The position numbers and the translations under genes are program-made. The notes under the pieces are model-generated. The model searched no databases, was not told where the DNA came from, and saw only the letters and a program-made list of their open reading frames with translations. This document shows, one piece after another, positions 1 to 12,665 of a DNA stretch of 64,000 bases (within the stretch, counting starts at the first letter, position 1; the number at the start of each line of letters is the position of its first letter). The stretch is from positions 167,807,787 through 167,871,786 of the forward strand of contig NC_068981.1 of assembly GCF_001194135.2 (NCBI RefSeq). The letters run 5' to 3'. The DNA is from Octopus bimaculoides. Taxonomy: Eukaryota.

Positions 1-581
1 ATATATATATATATATATATATATATACTCTTATATGCATACACACACGCACACACATGTGGATATATATATCGTATATATATATAAAGAACATTATCAT
101 TCATAAGAAATAATAATATTAGTGGCCGCAAGTATAAAAACCGTATAGGTAAATATATATATGTATGTATATGTATATATTCATGCTTAAATGCCGACAG
201 CTAATTTCGATATTTCTCCAAAATCTTTTCTCCCACCCACTTCTTTGATATTATTCACGATTTTTTTTTCTATATATTTCCATCTCAATCATTCCCACAC
301 TTTCTGTACGTCTGTTATTTATTTAACCACGTTACTTTTCTAATTCTCCGTCAACATTATAAACTGAATTTTTATCCACGTCTCTCTAACTCGCACTATC
401 TCTTTCCTCACATTCTTCACCAACCACCACTCGCCTACATTTCCCTATATGCTCGCTTGACTGCCTGTCTTGTCTCCTGGCTGACTGCAGGCTATTTCTT
501 TCTCTCTCCTTCTCTCTCCCTCACTCTCTCTCTCTCCTTCTCTCTCTTTGTCTGTCTATCATTCTCCATCTCTCTCATTGC

Positions 582-640
<59 letters not shown>

Positions 641-1066
641 CAAATTCACTTTTCTTTATAATACTGCTTTCTTTTCCTTCGTTACGTTTTTCAGGTTACC
701 TCTCTTATTAATCACCTATTTTGTCGCCCTCTATTTTTCTGTTTTCATGAACACTCACTACGTTATCTTTTCTTCTCTATAATTCACTGTCTGCTCGTAA
801 GGCTACCTATCTCGTTAACATTCTTATTGCTTACTGCTCTCTGTAAATTACCTTCTTCTTCTCTTTGACCCTGTCAAGTTTACACCTGTCAATTTATTTT
901 ATTTCTCCTTATTTATGATAATATTTGCTTTCTCTCTTTCCTCCATCTCTCTCAGCGTAGCCACTGTTTTCTCTTTCTACATTCCTATGACGTGATAGAA
1001 AGGACAAACCATATATAAATATGTATGTGTTTGTTCTTTAGCGTGCATATATGTTTGTATATTATA

Positions 1067-1278
1067 TATGAGGCGGGTGTTCAAAATTCCTGGCTTTAAG
1101 GCTATCGCGAAAGGCCTGGTTGGAGGTCCAACATTCTGAGTTCTTCTACAGGGCTTAGAAAAACTGAAGGACCGCTGCAATAAGTGTGTGAATCTGAGAG
1201 AGGAATATGTTGAATAAAATTATAATTAACTGATCCTCTTGTATTTTTTTTTACCCAAAGCCAGGAATAATCACGACT
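1067..1278 (+). mobile_element. Mariner-derived non-autonomous element retaining the transposase C-terminus
   Basis: Encodes QGLEKLKDRCNKCVNLREEYVE*, resembling the mariner C-terminal motif (GIxKLxxRWxKCVxxxGxYFE*); degenerate inverted ends TTCCTGGCTTT / AAAGCCAGGAA. Confidence 0.65.
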
Positions 1279-1599
1279 GGGAAGGTTTTGATTGTAAATC
1301 TGCTTGGTAAGGACTGACATAGAGCTAAACACCGAGATGACGTTAAGGATGCTGAGCTATCTCTTTACCTTTCATAATTCTAGATGTGATTATATTACAT
1401 TATACCCACACTATGCATGGATCAGCACTAGAATGTGGGTTATAATTGTTACGTCGGTACTAATGATGGTGGATTGCGGAGAAAATTTCACTGAAAAAGT
1501 ACAAAATACGGATAATGCTGTTGTTTGTTTCAGGAGACTTAGGCTCAAAAGACGTGACTATCACGTCGTGCCTATGATTTCAGCAACGGACATCACGTC

Positions 1600-1745
1600 T
1601 TTTATTCAAACGCATTATATCTAGGATTACCATTATCGAATGTGTCTTTTGTTAAGACAGAAGGTTGTGACTTTAAGTAGATTTGGATGTACTCTTAGCT
1701 AATTGAATGACCTACAGGAAGCATCTTCATTAGCTCTTAGTAAAC
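1600..1745. mobile_element. Dispersed short repeat, family E (unclassified)
   Basis: Shared core TTAAGAC..AGG.TGTGATTT......TTTGG....TTTCTAG; related copies near 13640-13795, 45620-45790, 56360-56560, 59555-59700, 63235-63340. Confidence 0.55.
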
Positions 1746-1753
1746 ATAAAGAT

Positions 1754-1817
<64 letters not shown>

Positions 1818-2379
1818 TGTGTAATAGATCAAATAATGGTATTCTAGCGTTTGATTTTTATCTCTTGCGAATAAGTTGTGATATGTAATGCAAAACAGAC
1901 AAAAGGTTTCGGATTCGATGTTGTCGGAGAAGCGGGATGAAAGATAACAGTGAGATTTTTTTTATTGAGCTATACCACAAGGGCATTAACGTTGTTAAGT
2001 GTTGAAATGGAATAGCTGCTAAGAGGGGTTCGATTCTGGATCGAAGACTCATAAATTATTCCTTATTTTATCACTAATTTTTAAGGAAGCCACGTAAATG
2101 ACGATTTTAACATCCTTTCACATGGCATCCGGGTCCAAAGTAAAGCGGAGCGAAGATAAAAAAAAAGAGAGGGACAGTGCCTGAAGTGTAACGTAGAAGA
2201 GAGAAAGGGAAAACGCGTGAAGCGCAAATGGTGTAATTAATTTAGTAATTGGGTTACACAGGGCCTAATCAGCAGAAAATATTAAAGTGTTCAGTTCCTG
2301 CTTTATCGATTATCTGCATTTTTATTGAATATGAATACCAGTAAAATATTGCGTTATAACACTTGCTCAAGACCGAGCA

Positions 2380-2720
2380 TTTTGTACAAGCGAAGAGCAA
2401 TGTCATTTAAATAGGCATCAGTATTTTAACTGGTGTTTGACGCTTCTATCTACTCTGGAAGGTTGAAAGGCTAAGATAAAAACAGTCAATCCTAACCCGA
2501 TTCTAACTCAGAACATACAAGAAGTGAATCGTTTCGGGAAAGAGGAAGGAAGATATAAAGTAGTCTGATTTAATCCATCTCACTACTTGACAAGTAATTA
2601 TTTTATCGACCCCGATAAAATGAAAGGCAAAATCGGCTCCCGTCGGGATTTGAACGCAGAACATACATTGATGTAATTAAATAATGCAAAGCGTTTTGCT
2701 GAGTGCTTTATCGATTTTGA
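2380..2720 (-). mobile_element. Two adjacent degenerate SINE family A copies
   Basis: Both carry TTTTATCGACCCCGA..A.ATGAAAGGCAAA..CG...GGATTTGAAC.CAGAAC, matching 3880-4078 and 8830-9030. Confidence 0.7.
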
Positions 2721-2913
2721 CACCCGCAACTATGGTATTTGTGTTACAAGTTAATTAAAACAACTATATCCAACTGTGCTTAACAAAGTACACTGTATTC
2801 GAGAAATAACTAATTCTAAATTCAACTGGATTCGATTTTTAGTTGGCAAGAAGTAAAAACAGCACTCCTCAAAACCATGACTTTGTGCCTATAGTATTAT
2901 TTTGTTTAACCAT

Positions 2914-3011
2914 AGAGGTGAGCTCAGCTACATGCACGTTAATTTCACGAGCGGGCTGCTCCGTTGATTGGATCAGCTGGAACTCTCGTTGTCATGACCG
3001 ACGGAGTACCA
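2914..3011 (+). mobile_element. SINE family B, 3' tail fragment
   Basis: Reverse complement of the TGGCACTCCGTCG...GAAATTAACGTGCAAGTGGCTGAGC segment at 48284, 52435 and 62061. Confidence 0.85.
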
Positions 3012-3088
3012 GTTTTTATGTAGATATTAGAACAAGCACACCATAATTGTAGTAAATTAAAACATACATATATACATATACATACATA

Positions 3089-3185
<97 letters not shown>

Positions 3186-3879
3186 AAACACGCATATAGG
3201 AGGCCATTTACGTCAATAGATAGATATATACATTACATAGAGAAGCATACTTACGTATAGACAAGCGGACAAAAAAACAGGCATTAGTACACACACAAAT
3301 CGCATATACGAACAGAGAAAGAAGGGAGATAGATAGATAGATACATACATACATGCATACATACATACATGCATACATACATGAACCTCTTCCGTTAATA
3401 TGCCCTCCCTGAAAAGCAAAAACAAACACTTCACAGCACAGGCACACACGCGTGGACACATACNNNNNNNNNNNNNNNNNNNNNNNNNNNNNNNNNNNNN
3501 NNNNNNNNNNNNNNNNNNNNNNNNNNNNNNNNNNNNNNNNNNNNNNNNNNNNNNNNNNNNNNNNNNNNNNNNNNNNNNNNNNNNNNNNNNNNNNNNNNNN
3601 NNNNNNNNNNNNNNNNNNNNNNNNNNNNNNNNNNNNNNNNNNNNNNNNNNNNNNNNNNNNNNNNNNNNNNNNNNNNNNNNNNNNNNNNNNNNNNNNNNNN
3701 NNNNNNNNNNNNNNNNNNNNNNNNNNNNNNNNNNNNNNNNNNNNNNNNNNNNNNNNNNNNNNNNNNNNNNNNNNNNNNNNNNNNNNNNNNNNNNNNNNNN
3801 NNNNNNNNNNNNNNNNNNNNNNNNNNNNNNNNNNNNNNNNNNNNNNNNNNNNNNNAACAATAATAACCTTTTCTACTAA

Positions 3880-4078
3880 AAGAACAAAGTCTGAAATTTG
3901 GGGGAGGGGGTTGTCTATTATATCGACCCTAGTGGGTAAATGGTACTTATTTTATCGACCCCGATAAGATAAAAGGTAAAGTCGACTTCGGCGGAATTTG
4001 AACTCAGAACATAAAGACGGACGAAATGCCTCTAAACAGTTCGCCCGGTATGCTAACGATTCTGTCAGCTCACCGCCT
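3880..4078 (-). mobile_element. tRNA-headed SINE family A
   Basis: Minus strand: GGCGGTGAGCTGACAGAATCGTTAGC (A-box-like) ... GTTCTGAGTTCAAATTCCGCCGAAGTCGACTTTACC (B-box-like); multicopy in window. Confidence 0.85.
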
Positions 4079-4108
4079 TATCAATAATGATAGTAATGAT
4101 ATATATTA

Positions 4109-4154
<46 letters not shown>

Positions 4155-6399
4155 TTATACACATACACGCAAATCGTTTACATGTAAATATGTACAAACA
4201 TATCCATTTGCTTTCGCGCGCGCGAGAGTATTTGTGTGTATGAGTGTGTTTGTGTAATTATTTAAAAGCGAGAAAGAAAAGAAAAAAAATGTATATAGAC
4301 AAGCTGTTACTATGGTGACAAATTTTACCAATAATAATAATATTGCCACGCCTTAATTTGAAATTACATCGATCTCATGGAGACTGAAGAATTTCTCTCA
4401 AATCTGATGTAACGTCTTGAGGAAAGCTACTGATGTTGTTATAGAAAATACAACATCGCTTTAGAAAGACAGAAGGAGAAAAAACACAGGAGATATCATT
4501 TACTGTTCTGTAGTCTTATTTTTATTACGTGCTTTCATGTACAACTAAGCGCAGCTCTATGTGTGTGCCTTGTGTTTGTATGTACAGTGTTTTATTTTTG
4601 TGCTTATCTATTGTATTGAGAGAAATCTACGTAATACGTGTTCTGTTCCTAAAAGTAATATTTCTTTGTTATTTAATCACTCCTCAAAACGGAAGCAATC
4701 CCCATAGGTGCTCCTATGGGAAGTGTTTCTATTTAAAACGCCACATTCTGGTTATCTCTATTTCCACATTTTTATATTTGGAGAATTTCTCCATTTCTTT
4801 CATAGATACATTATAATTCTTTTGGGAGTGATACTTCGATTGGGAGGTACTTCCGATCCTGGTTTTGGTCAACTTTACCTTTCATCTCTCTGGGCTTAAT
4901 AAAATAAATAAAGCATTAGTCAAGTACAGGGGTTGATGTGATAGATCAACCTCGTCTTCTTAAATATCGTTTTCTTTATGTTCATGTAGGAACAGTTATT
5001 GTTTAACTAACTGGACAAGCATGCCATTCTCCAACTTGTTTCATTGACGGACCTGCAATACTGGGTCAAACAATTGCTTTGAAATGCGCTTGATTCAGTG
5101 AGGCATCTGGAAGGTCGGTAGGGGCTCATAAGCCACTATCAATAGAGCAATGTGGTCGGTAGAACTTTTACAGATTTTTATAGAGAAATAGCATAAGGGA
5201 AAGAGAGCCGGTGTTCTCAAGGAAACTAAGTATTAACAAGAATCAAATACTTGGCTTGTTCCGTAATACTCCGGGATCTATGGATATTTTGCTGAAATCC
5301 CTAGCCTGGGAGTACTACCGGAAGTACAACTGAGCAGAGATAAACTTTACAGACACCGAACTGCCATTAAACAGGCTTGTCTGAAATTCACGCAGAGTGA
5401 TGAAACCGAATTGCATACATGCATTCGTTTAGCGTTAGAGTACTGCTAACTTGTAGAGATATGTCGAGTAAGAGCCTTCACTTGTACAACGGATGCAATT
5501 GTTGGTTCAGCGCCATTTTGAGTTGAGATGAACAAGTAATGCAAAACTCGCCGAGGTTCTCCCCTCCAGGATATTTGTTAAGTTGTCTGAGAATGACGTG
5601 TATGACACAAACGAATGTACATATGCACCCATCAGTCGGGAAATACAGCTGGGAGAGGATACTTGTTCACGTACATATAAACTTCCTTCAAAAAAGTCCC
5701 TGTCATTCTGTTATTTCTAAAGATGTTTTTTATATAATAATTTTAAGATTTTTCTTCACACGTGTGTGCGTGTTCGGTGTGCAAGTATATATGAATGTAT
5801 GTATCAGTTTAGCATTACAAACGAGAAAAATAGAACTCGTGTGTCCTCTGTGTGCGTGCGTGTCTTCTCTATGTGTGTGTGCGCGTGCATGTATATCAGC
5901 CGAAGAGCTGTGGTAACTCAAATGGCCTAGAACTTAGTTACAATGCACTTAGTGAAGCATTGGTACAAAACCTCTACAAATTTTGAGTCAGTGAATTTCT
6001 TCTTCTCGTGACTCAAGTATCATGTCAGAGTAATAATTGAGCGTGCGAGTTGATACGTATTTGTGTTTAAAAATCGAATACTTCTCATGTCTTCATTCTC
6101 TCCTCCTGATACACAGAAATGAAATAATATCGATATTCGATTTTGTCCATCACAAATAAAATCATAAATCATTTTAAAGACTGCACCAGCTGAAGCAGTA
6201 CAACTGTACTAAATAGATTCTCATTTGTGACGTTCTTCTCTGTGACACAAAATAAAAATTTTATGCATTTTTGTAGATGTCAGTTATTGTTGTTATTTAG
6301 ATTGAGATCAGCCTTGATCAAACATTGATTATAATATGCATTCTAATCATGGCCATCCTGCCCTCATTTGCGGGGGAACATTTAAAACTACATGTATTA

Positions 6400-6436
<37 letters not shown>

Positions 6437-6889
6437 CGCGAGTGATAAAACGCTATGGTGGAGGTGACTGAAGACTCCTCTTCCACGACCCTTCCAGAAA
6501 TATTGGGCAGAGAAAATGGAAATATGTGCTTCCCATTTTGTAAGATTGTGGAAGGTGATTTGAAACGCATTTGACTCATATTTTTAGCCTGTCGTTAATC
6601 GAGCAAGCCTATGATTAATCGTGATCATTCTAAATTTTAGAATGTAACTAGGACTAACTTATCTAATGTAATTCGTTTCTTTTTTTTCCATGATGGAATG
6701 GAATTTGAGGACGATTTGGTTTCTTTCTCTAGCAAATCGATGAACAAAGTAATTCTAGCCATAACCATCTTGTCCGTTTAGAGAGAAGGTGTCAAGGACT
6801 ATATTATTTAATGGACGGGGAATACAATTTGACAGAAATTTGCTTGTAATTTCTAAAAAGTGCAGGAATCATGCCTCTCGGTATTCTCA

Positions 6890-7055
6890 ACAACTGGCAC
6901 AAATGTTACATATCGGACAAAATGCTTGGCGGTATTTTGTCCGATTTTTAACGCTCTGAGCTCAAATTCAGCCGAGTAAAACTTTGCGTTTCATCCTTCC
7001 TGGGTCGATAAAATAAGTACCAGTTGAGCACCGGGGGTCAGTGTGATCAACTAAA
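6890..7055 (+). mobile_element. tRNA-headed SINE family A (diverged)
   Basis: CTCTGAGCTCAAATTCAGCCGAG..CTTTGCGTTTCATCCTTCCTGGGTCGATAAAATAAGTACCAGTTGAGCAC. Confidence 0.8.
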
Positions 7056-7562
7056 AAGAATTTATTTATGTATTCTCTTCATTTCTTGCCTGATGCAGTC
7101 TAGGAGAACACATATGTCAATCAATAAAGAAATAGGCGTCTGAGGGCAATGCTCCAGTATAACACTGGCGGTGATGGCTACAATAAACTAAGTAGTTAAG
7201 AAACATGAGTTTGTGTTGGATACACAAGCTGACCCAAACATGGTGAGCAAAACTGGGTAGAAAGGAATTATATAGAAGTTAGTCTGATGAATTGTACATG
7301 TAATCCAAAGGACCAGCTGTCTTATGATGATTTGACCTGAAAATTGCGATAAAGTTAGTAGCGATGTCTTCGGAATAGTCAGCTATTGGACTCGGCTGTA
7401 TTGACGCAGGCGATTTGGCATGGCTGACTGGACATTGAATCAGTTTGTGTGACAGTGCTTTTTGGCACTGAAAGTAACATGCACGCCCACGCGCTCCTGC
7501 GCGCGCACACACACACGCACGCATTCACATAAGTGCGTGCAGAAATATATGCGGATAGTTAG

Positions 7563-7640
7563 AGAGGCTGAGAGAGAGAGAAAGAAAGAGAGAGAGAGAA
7601 AGAAAGAGAGAGAGAGAAAGAAAGAAAGAGAGAGAGAGAG
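7563..7640. repeat. Compound (AG)n/(AGAA)n repeat with about 18-bp periodicity
   Basis: Repeating AGAGAGAGAGAAAGAAAG units. Confidence 0.9.
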
Positions 7641-7956
7641 ATTGTAATTTATTAATTGAATTCGATTGACACAAACACTTCTCTCTTTTCATACACATAA
7701 AGATATACATACTCATACATATAAACACACACACTGGCACACACAGAGAAAGAGAGGGAGAGAGAGGGGAGAGACGGAGGAAGAGAGAGAGAGAGAGAGA
7801 GCGACAACGTGAGAAATATTAAAATGGTTTATGTCAAAAAAGTCAGCGTCGAATCAGCGACACATGAAGGAAGGTACCAAAACGGCTGCGTCCAAATCTC
7901 TTATACTCATTTAGAAGTAAACTAGCAGCTAAGCCCGGTTTCACCTGGTCGGTTTG

Positions 7957-8091
7957 GATGATGTGGCTGTAAAACCTGCTCTGTATAAGCATTCGACTTG
8001 TTTGGGCACGCTTACGTTANNNNNNNNNNGATGATGTGGCTGTAAAACCTGCTCTGTATAAGCATTCGACTTGTTTGGGCACGCTTACGTT
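7957..8091. repeat. About 62-bp exact duplicate flanking a 10-N gap (probable assembly overlap artefact)
   Basis: GATGATGTGGCTG...GGGCACGCTTACGTTA occurs on both sides of the N10. Confidence 0.9.
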
Positions 8092-8362
8092 AAAAAACAA
8101 TTTTAGAATGACTTTTTTCTGTCAAAACGGTAAAAATAACTGACCAACAAAAAAACAACAACCAAGATTAAAACCAAATCAAAAAATAAACCCAAATACT
8201 AAGCGAACAAAGATGAACCATCCCACATCCATTGCGCACGCACACGCACACACACACACACACATTCACATATCCCCCTTTTACATACACACACATATTC
8301 ACACAGAGTTGAAATGCTGTTTGATTTATTTTTCAACGTGCAATTTTCATCATCCCACTACG

Positions 8363-8544
8363 AAATATGACATCACTCCTTCCTTTCTCATTCATAAACG
8401 CAAGAGTATTATTATAGTAGATTATCTCGGTAACCATGGGAGCTATGAAAAAATATGACATCACCCCTTCCTTTCTCACTCATAAATACAAGAGTATTAT
8501 TATAGTAGGTTATCTCGGTAACCATGGAAACTATGAAAAAATAC
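8363..8544. repeat. 88-bp tandem duplication (2 copies)
   Basis: AAATATGACATCAC...GGTAACCATGG...CTATGAAAAAATA starts at 8363 and 8451 with several substitutions. Confidence 0.92.
8518..8531. promoter_or_regulatory. RFX X-box-like motif GTAACCATGGAAAC (weaker copy GTAACCATGGGAGC at 8430-8443)
   Basis: Resembles the RFX consensus GTTRCCATGGYAAC; function not shown. Confidence 0.35.
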
Positions 8545-8620
8545 AAAGCCCAGCATCACCACCAGGATCATTCTACACATCTGTGTAATTTTTCGCGCAA
8601 TTCTACCCAGCCGTTTGACC
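8524..8620 (+). CDS. Candidate first coding exon METMKKYKAQHHHQDHSTHLCNFSRNSTQPFD (unidentified)
   Basis: ATG-initiated open frame ending at donor GACC|GTGAGT; no downstream exon or homology established. Confidence 0.2.
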
Positions 8621-8829
8621 GTGAGTCCCTAGACAAGAGAGAATCGCCCATGTCAAATTTTTTATGTATAGATTTAACTAACTGATTGTTCAGTTAATTG
8701 AACTGATATAATGGATCATCTGTTGAAACTGACAGAGGAACGATCATGTCTTAATCTGTTGAAATTGAGGATCTCTGAAATAAAGACTGCCGAGTAAGAG
8801 TTTATATTTTCTTAATTTTTTATTGCCCA

Positions 8830-9030
8830 CAAGGGGCTAAACATAGAGGGGACAAACAAGGACAAACAAAGGGATTAAGTCAATTACTTCGACCCCAGTG
8901 AGTAACTGGTACTTAATTTATCGATCCCGAAAGGATGAAAGGTAAAGTCGACCTCGGCGGAATTTGAACTCAGAACGTATCGGCAGACGAAATACCGTTA
9001 AGCATTTCGCCCGGCGTGCTAACGATTCTG
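8830..9030 (-). mobile_element. tRNA-headed SINE family A, well preserved, with distinct tail
   Basis: Minus: AGAATCGTTAGCACGCCGGGCGAAATGCTTAACGG...GTTCTGAGTTCAAATTCCGCCGAGGTCGACTTTACC...TTAGCCCCTTGTGGGCAATAAA. Confidence 0.9.
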
Positions 9031-10577
9031 TTTATCAATTGTATAGTCCAGACATTTCGTTTTGAAACAGCTGGAAATATATTGAGTCAACAAGGGATCC
9101 ACAATGTGGACGGTCGACATGCTATAAGCAACAGTAATTCTCTTTTGAGTTATATTCGTAGTTTGCAAAAGAGGAGATACATTGGAGAATGTTATCTTAG
9201 ATGTTTGATTATAAACAGAGTGGTCAAAACTGGAACGGTTTTGATAATACGACAGCAGAACCTGACGCCAAACAAGAATAACTTGAAAGCTATACGTATA
9301 TCACAAATACACACATACACACATACAAACACACACATACATACATACACACACACATATTTATAAATCTATGTAATAGGCATACAAATATAGCAAGTTT
9401 ATCTATTCCTCCGTAAACTGAAAAAAATGATGAGCAGCCTGGATCGATTTACAGCCTTTTTGGGGTTCTGACCAATTACTGACAAGCTACCAGTCCGTTT
9501 ATGTACACAACGACCTGTAGAATCTCAGGACTGGACTACTAATTCGCATATTATAAGTGTTTAACACTTTAGTAACAGGTTGACTTAGCTCTTCATGTTA
9601 CTTTAAGTTTTGTGGGTGTGATAAAAATATGTGACGCGTCCCTCGGACACATATGTGGCGCCAACCATTATTTGTGTTGAGTGCTACTTCTGTTGTTTGT
9701 GAATGAAATGTGGAATAATGCTGAAGACAAAATTCAACATTTTGCCACTCTAGATGTACAACTGTACAATGTTTCTTCTTGAAATTATTTCAGATTTGAT
9801 AATTGACAATTTCATTTATTTGTGAGTACTAGTCTTGCATTTTGTGCGTTTGTATGTGAATATAAGTCTGTACATGTGTATGTATTAGTTCTGAAAATGC
9901 ATTCAACACCTAAAGGACATAGTCAGTCTACAATTCAAGCAATATATCGCATTAAGTCACAGAGTATTGGAAAGGAAATGAGAAAAATAAGGAATTTTGT
10001 AGTATTTTAAATTATCGCTTAAAAATTCTTTATTTATATATATATTGTCTTTCGTGGAATTTTGGATTTAATCAAATTTGCTCACAGCAGCATTACAAAT
10101 AGTGTAAAAATGAATTTTGTTTCTCCTCAAAAAGATATTGATACAACAGGAAGTTTATGAAAAGAGAGGAAAGTACATAATCTTCAATATTTTCCATCTT
10201 TATGTGTTTTTGTAGAGGAAAATTAAATAACACTATACTAAAAAAGAAATAAAGAAAATTGCTAAATATAGCTTTCAAGTTTTCACCGAGAAAAATCTTC
10301 AATTTCAGTTCATTTGATCTATGCTTTCGAGCAATTTGAAGAATTATATCGTCTATTTCCTTCTCAGATGAACAGGTGAACACAGAAACAAATACAAAAT
10401 ACACGTAGTGAAGTTTATTTGTGTTATTTGAAGAATATTTCTTTGAAATTACATGCAAGAACAAATGCATGCGTTGGTGTGAAGTAAGATGAAATGGAAT
10501 AAACGAAAGACTGGCAACTGAGAAAGATGTTAAAAGCGAAAAAGATGCAAAGGAGATAGACCGATAGAGAGAAAGGC

Positions 10578-10578
10578 C

Positions 10579-10677
<99 letters not shown>

Positions 10678-10731
10678 GCACACACACATACACACATACA
10701 TATACATACATACATACATACATAAATACAT

Positions 10732-10774
<43 letters not shown>

Positions 10775-10775
10775 A
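10578..10775. repeat. Long (TA)n-(CA)n-(TACA)n compound microsatellite
   Basis: Direct reading; explains spurious ORFs 10093-10755 and 10424-10780. Confidence 0.97.
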
Positions 10776-11707
10776 AACATATATGTTTTATATTTATTTC
10801 TGTTCTTTTCTGCGTGTTTGCATGAAGTACCCCAGCGCCTGGAGTACTTTAAATAACAGGTAGTTGTAGCTGTTCGACTGTTTCATTTGATAGTACTACT
10901 CAAAAATCTAAAGAGAAGACATTGTAATGTAATCCACCCGCTATTCAGAAATGTTACTTCTAATTTCTATTTTGCAACAACACAGTCCTACCTAAATAGC
11001 ATCCAAAATATTTCATTTAATTTTCAGCTGATGGAGTCAAATTAACAGACCGATCGCTAATTATTTATATTCTCTGTAATGTGATCTGTCATTCAAACTA
11101 TTTCATAGCACTTCCTGGTTCGTTCCACCAAGTTTAAACAGACATTATTGTTTAGTGCAGTTCGCCAGATTAAGGAACAGAACGTGTCCAATAAGCTAGT
11201 AGCAGTGATCTCAAATTGTCTTCTGCTCTTGATTCTTGGGAGAAGTCTGAAAGCTTTCCCATAAAACATGAATTCTGTCATGGGACAAGAATTGTGTGAA
11301 AGAGTTAGCTTCGAATAGTAAATCAGTGTTCAAATAAGCGTACGGATGTTTTTTAACCTCGTGAGAAAAGATAATGAATAGGGTAATTATAGCAGTTAGG
11401 ACAGAGTTCAATTATGTGAGCTGGCTAGCTCAGATGGTTGACATAGCTCCTACACACGTACGTAGGTGCCTGCGTACATGCATACATACACAGTCGTTCA
11501 AGAATCCATAAATCAGGAAAAATATGCACTTGTTTATCTCTCAATGCAGTCGGTATAGTGTAGTCGTCATATATTTTTCCATACCTACCCCTGAGGACCA
11601 CACAGTATTACTGAATCGTGTTGTTATCTGACATCCGGTTTTAAAACCCAGTGCAAAACCGATTGATATGATCGGTCGTAATGGATCTAAGATACTGTAT
11701 ACCGTGA

Positions 11708-11745
<38 letters not shown>

Positions 11746-11993
11746 TCAAAGTATAACAAAATAAGTATAACAAACAAAAAATTTCGTTGACCTCGTAAAC
11801 GCGTTTCTGTTCGTCCTTTTCTCTTTTTGATCTATTTTTTCTCTCTATTTTTTTCCACATTCGCTCATTGTCTTGGATTCTGTTTCTTTCAATTGATCTC
11901 TATGTTTTTAATTGTTATCTGTTTTACTTCTTTTAATAGGAGTTCTTTATATACATATCTTTATGCATATATATAGATCAAATTTATGTTTTG

Positions 11994-12070
11994 AACCTCC
12001 GATGAGTTGATACACAAGCATTCAACTATGAATATGCATTGCATCTTCTAGCAGAAACAGCTGTAAGCTA
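11994..12070 (+). ncRNA. Degenerate minimal type I hammerhead-like motif (Penelope-type)
   Basis: C-CGATGA (vs CUGAUGA) ... GAAAC-AGCTGT-A-AGCT with palindromic stem III ACAGCTGT and GUA triplet; long, imperfect stem II. Confidence 0.35.
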
Positions 12071-12143
12071 ATGCAGTTTATGACATAATTTCTCATTCCT
12101 TTGTCATTTTAATTTATTGTACACACACACACACATACACACG

Positions 12144-12214
<71 letters not shown>

Positions 12215-12529
12215 GTGTGTGTGTGTAAACACGCATATATATACTTTGATTCATATATTTAAACATATTCATGTATATATGTATATGTATATATGTATGT
12301 ATATATTATATATTATGTATGTATGAAAGTATGTATTATACATGTATAACGACAATTACAGTGCAGTTAGTTTGACACACATTATCGTAGTTTAATTGAC
12401 TATAAAAGGAGAGCTATGGCTCTGAATAATTGCTTAGTTCGGCTTTCGGATTGGAAGTTTGAAAGAAAACAAACAATTATAATGACGGACGGAATGTCCC
12501 TAAGCATTTTGTCCGCCTAAGAAGTATAG

Positions 12530-12665
12530 ACATATTGATTTCAAAGTTTGATACAAGGCCAGCAATTTCAGGGGAGGGGGCTAGTCGATTACATGAACCC
12601 CAGTTCTCAACTGGTGCTTATTTTATTAACCTCGAAAAGATGAAAGGCAAAATCGACCTCCACGG
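12530..12665 (-). mobile_element. SINE family A fragment
   Basis: CAACTGGTGCTTATTTTATTAACCTCGAAAAGATGAAAGGCAAAATCGACCTC. Confidence 0.75.

Noticed and set aside
6455-6575. FPFCKIVEG as a HIT-family motif
   Set aside because: Short frame with no HxHxH motif and no convincing splice context.
7957-8091. Exact 62-bp tandem duplicate
   Set aside because: It straddles a 10-N gap, typical of unmerged contig overlap.
10250-10370. Candidate exon EIDDIILQIARKHRSNELKLKIFL
   Set aside because: Weak acceptor, AT-rich and unsupported.
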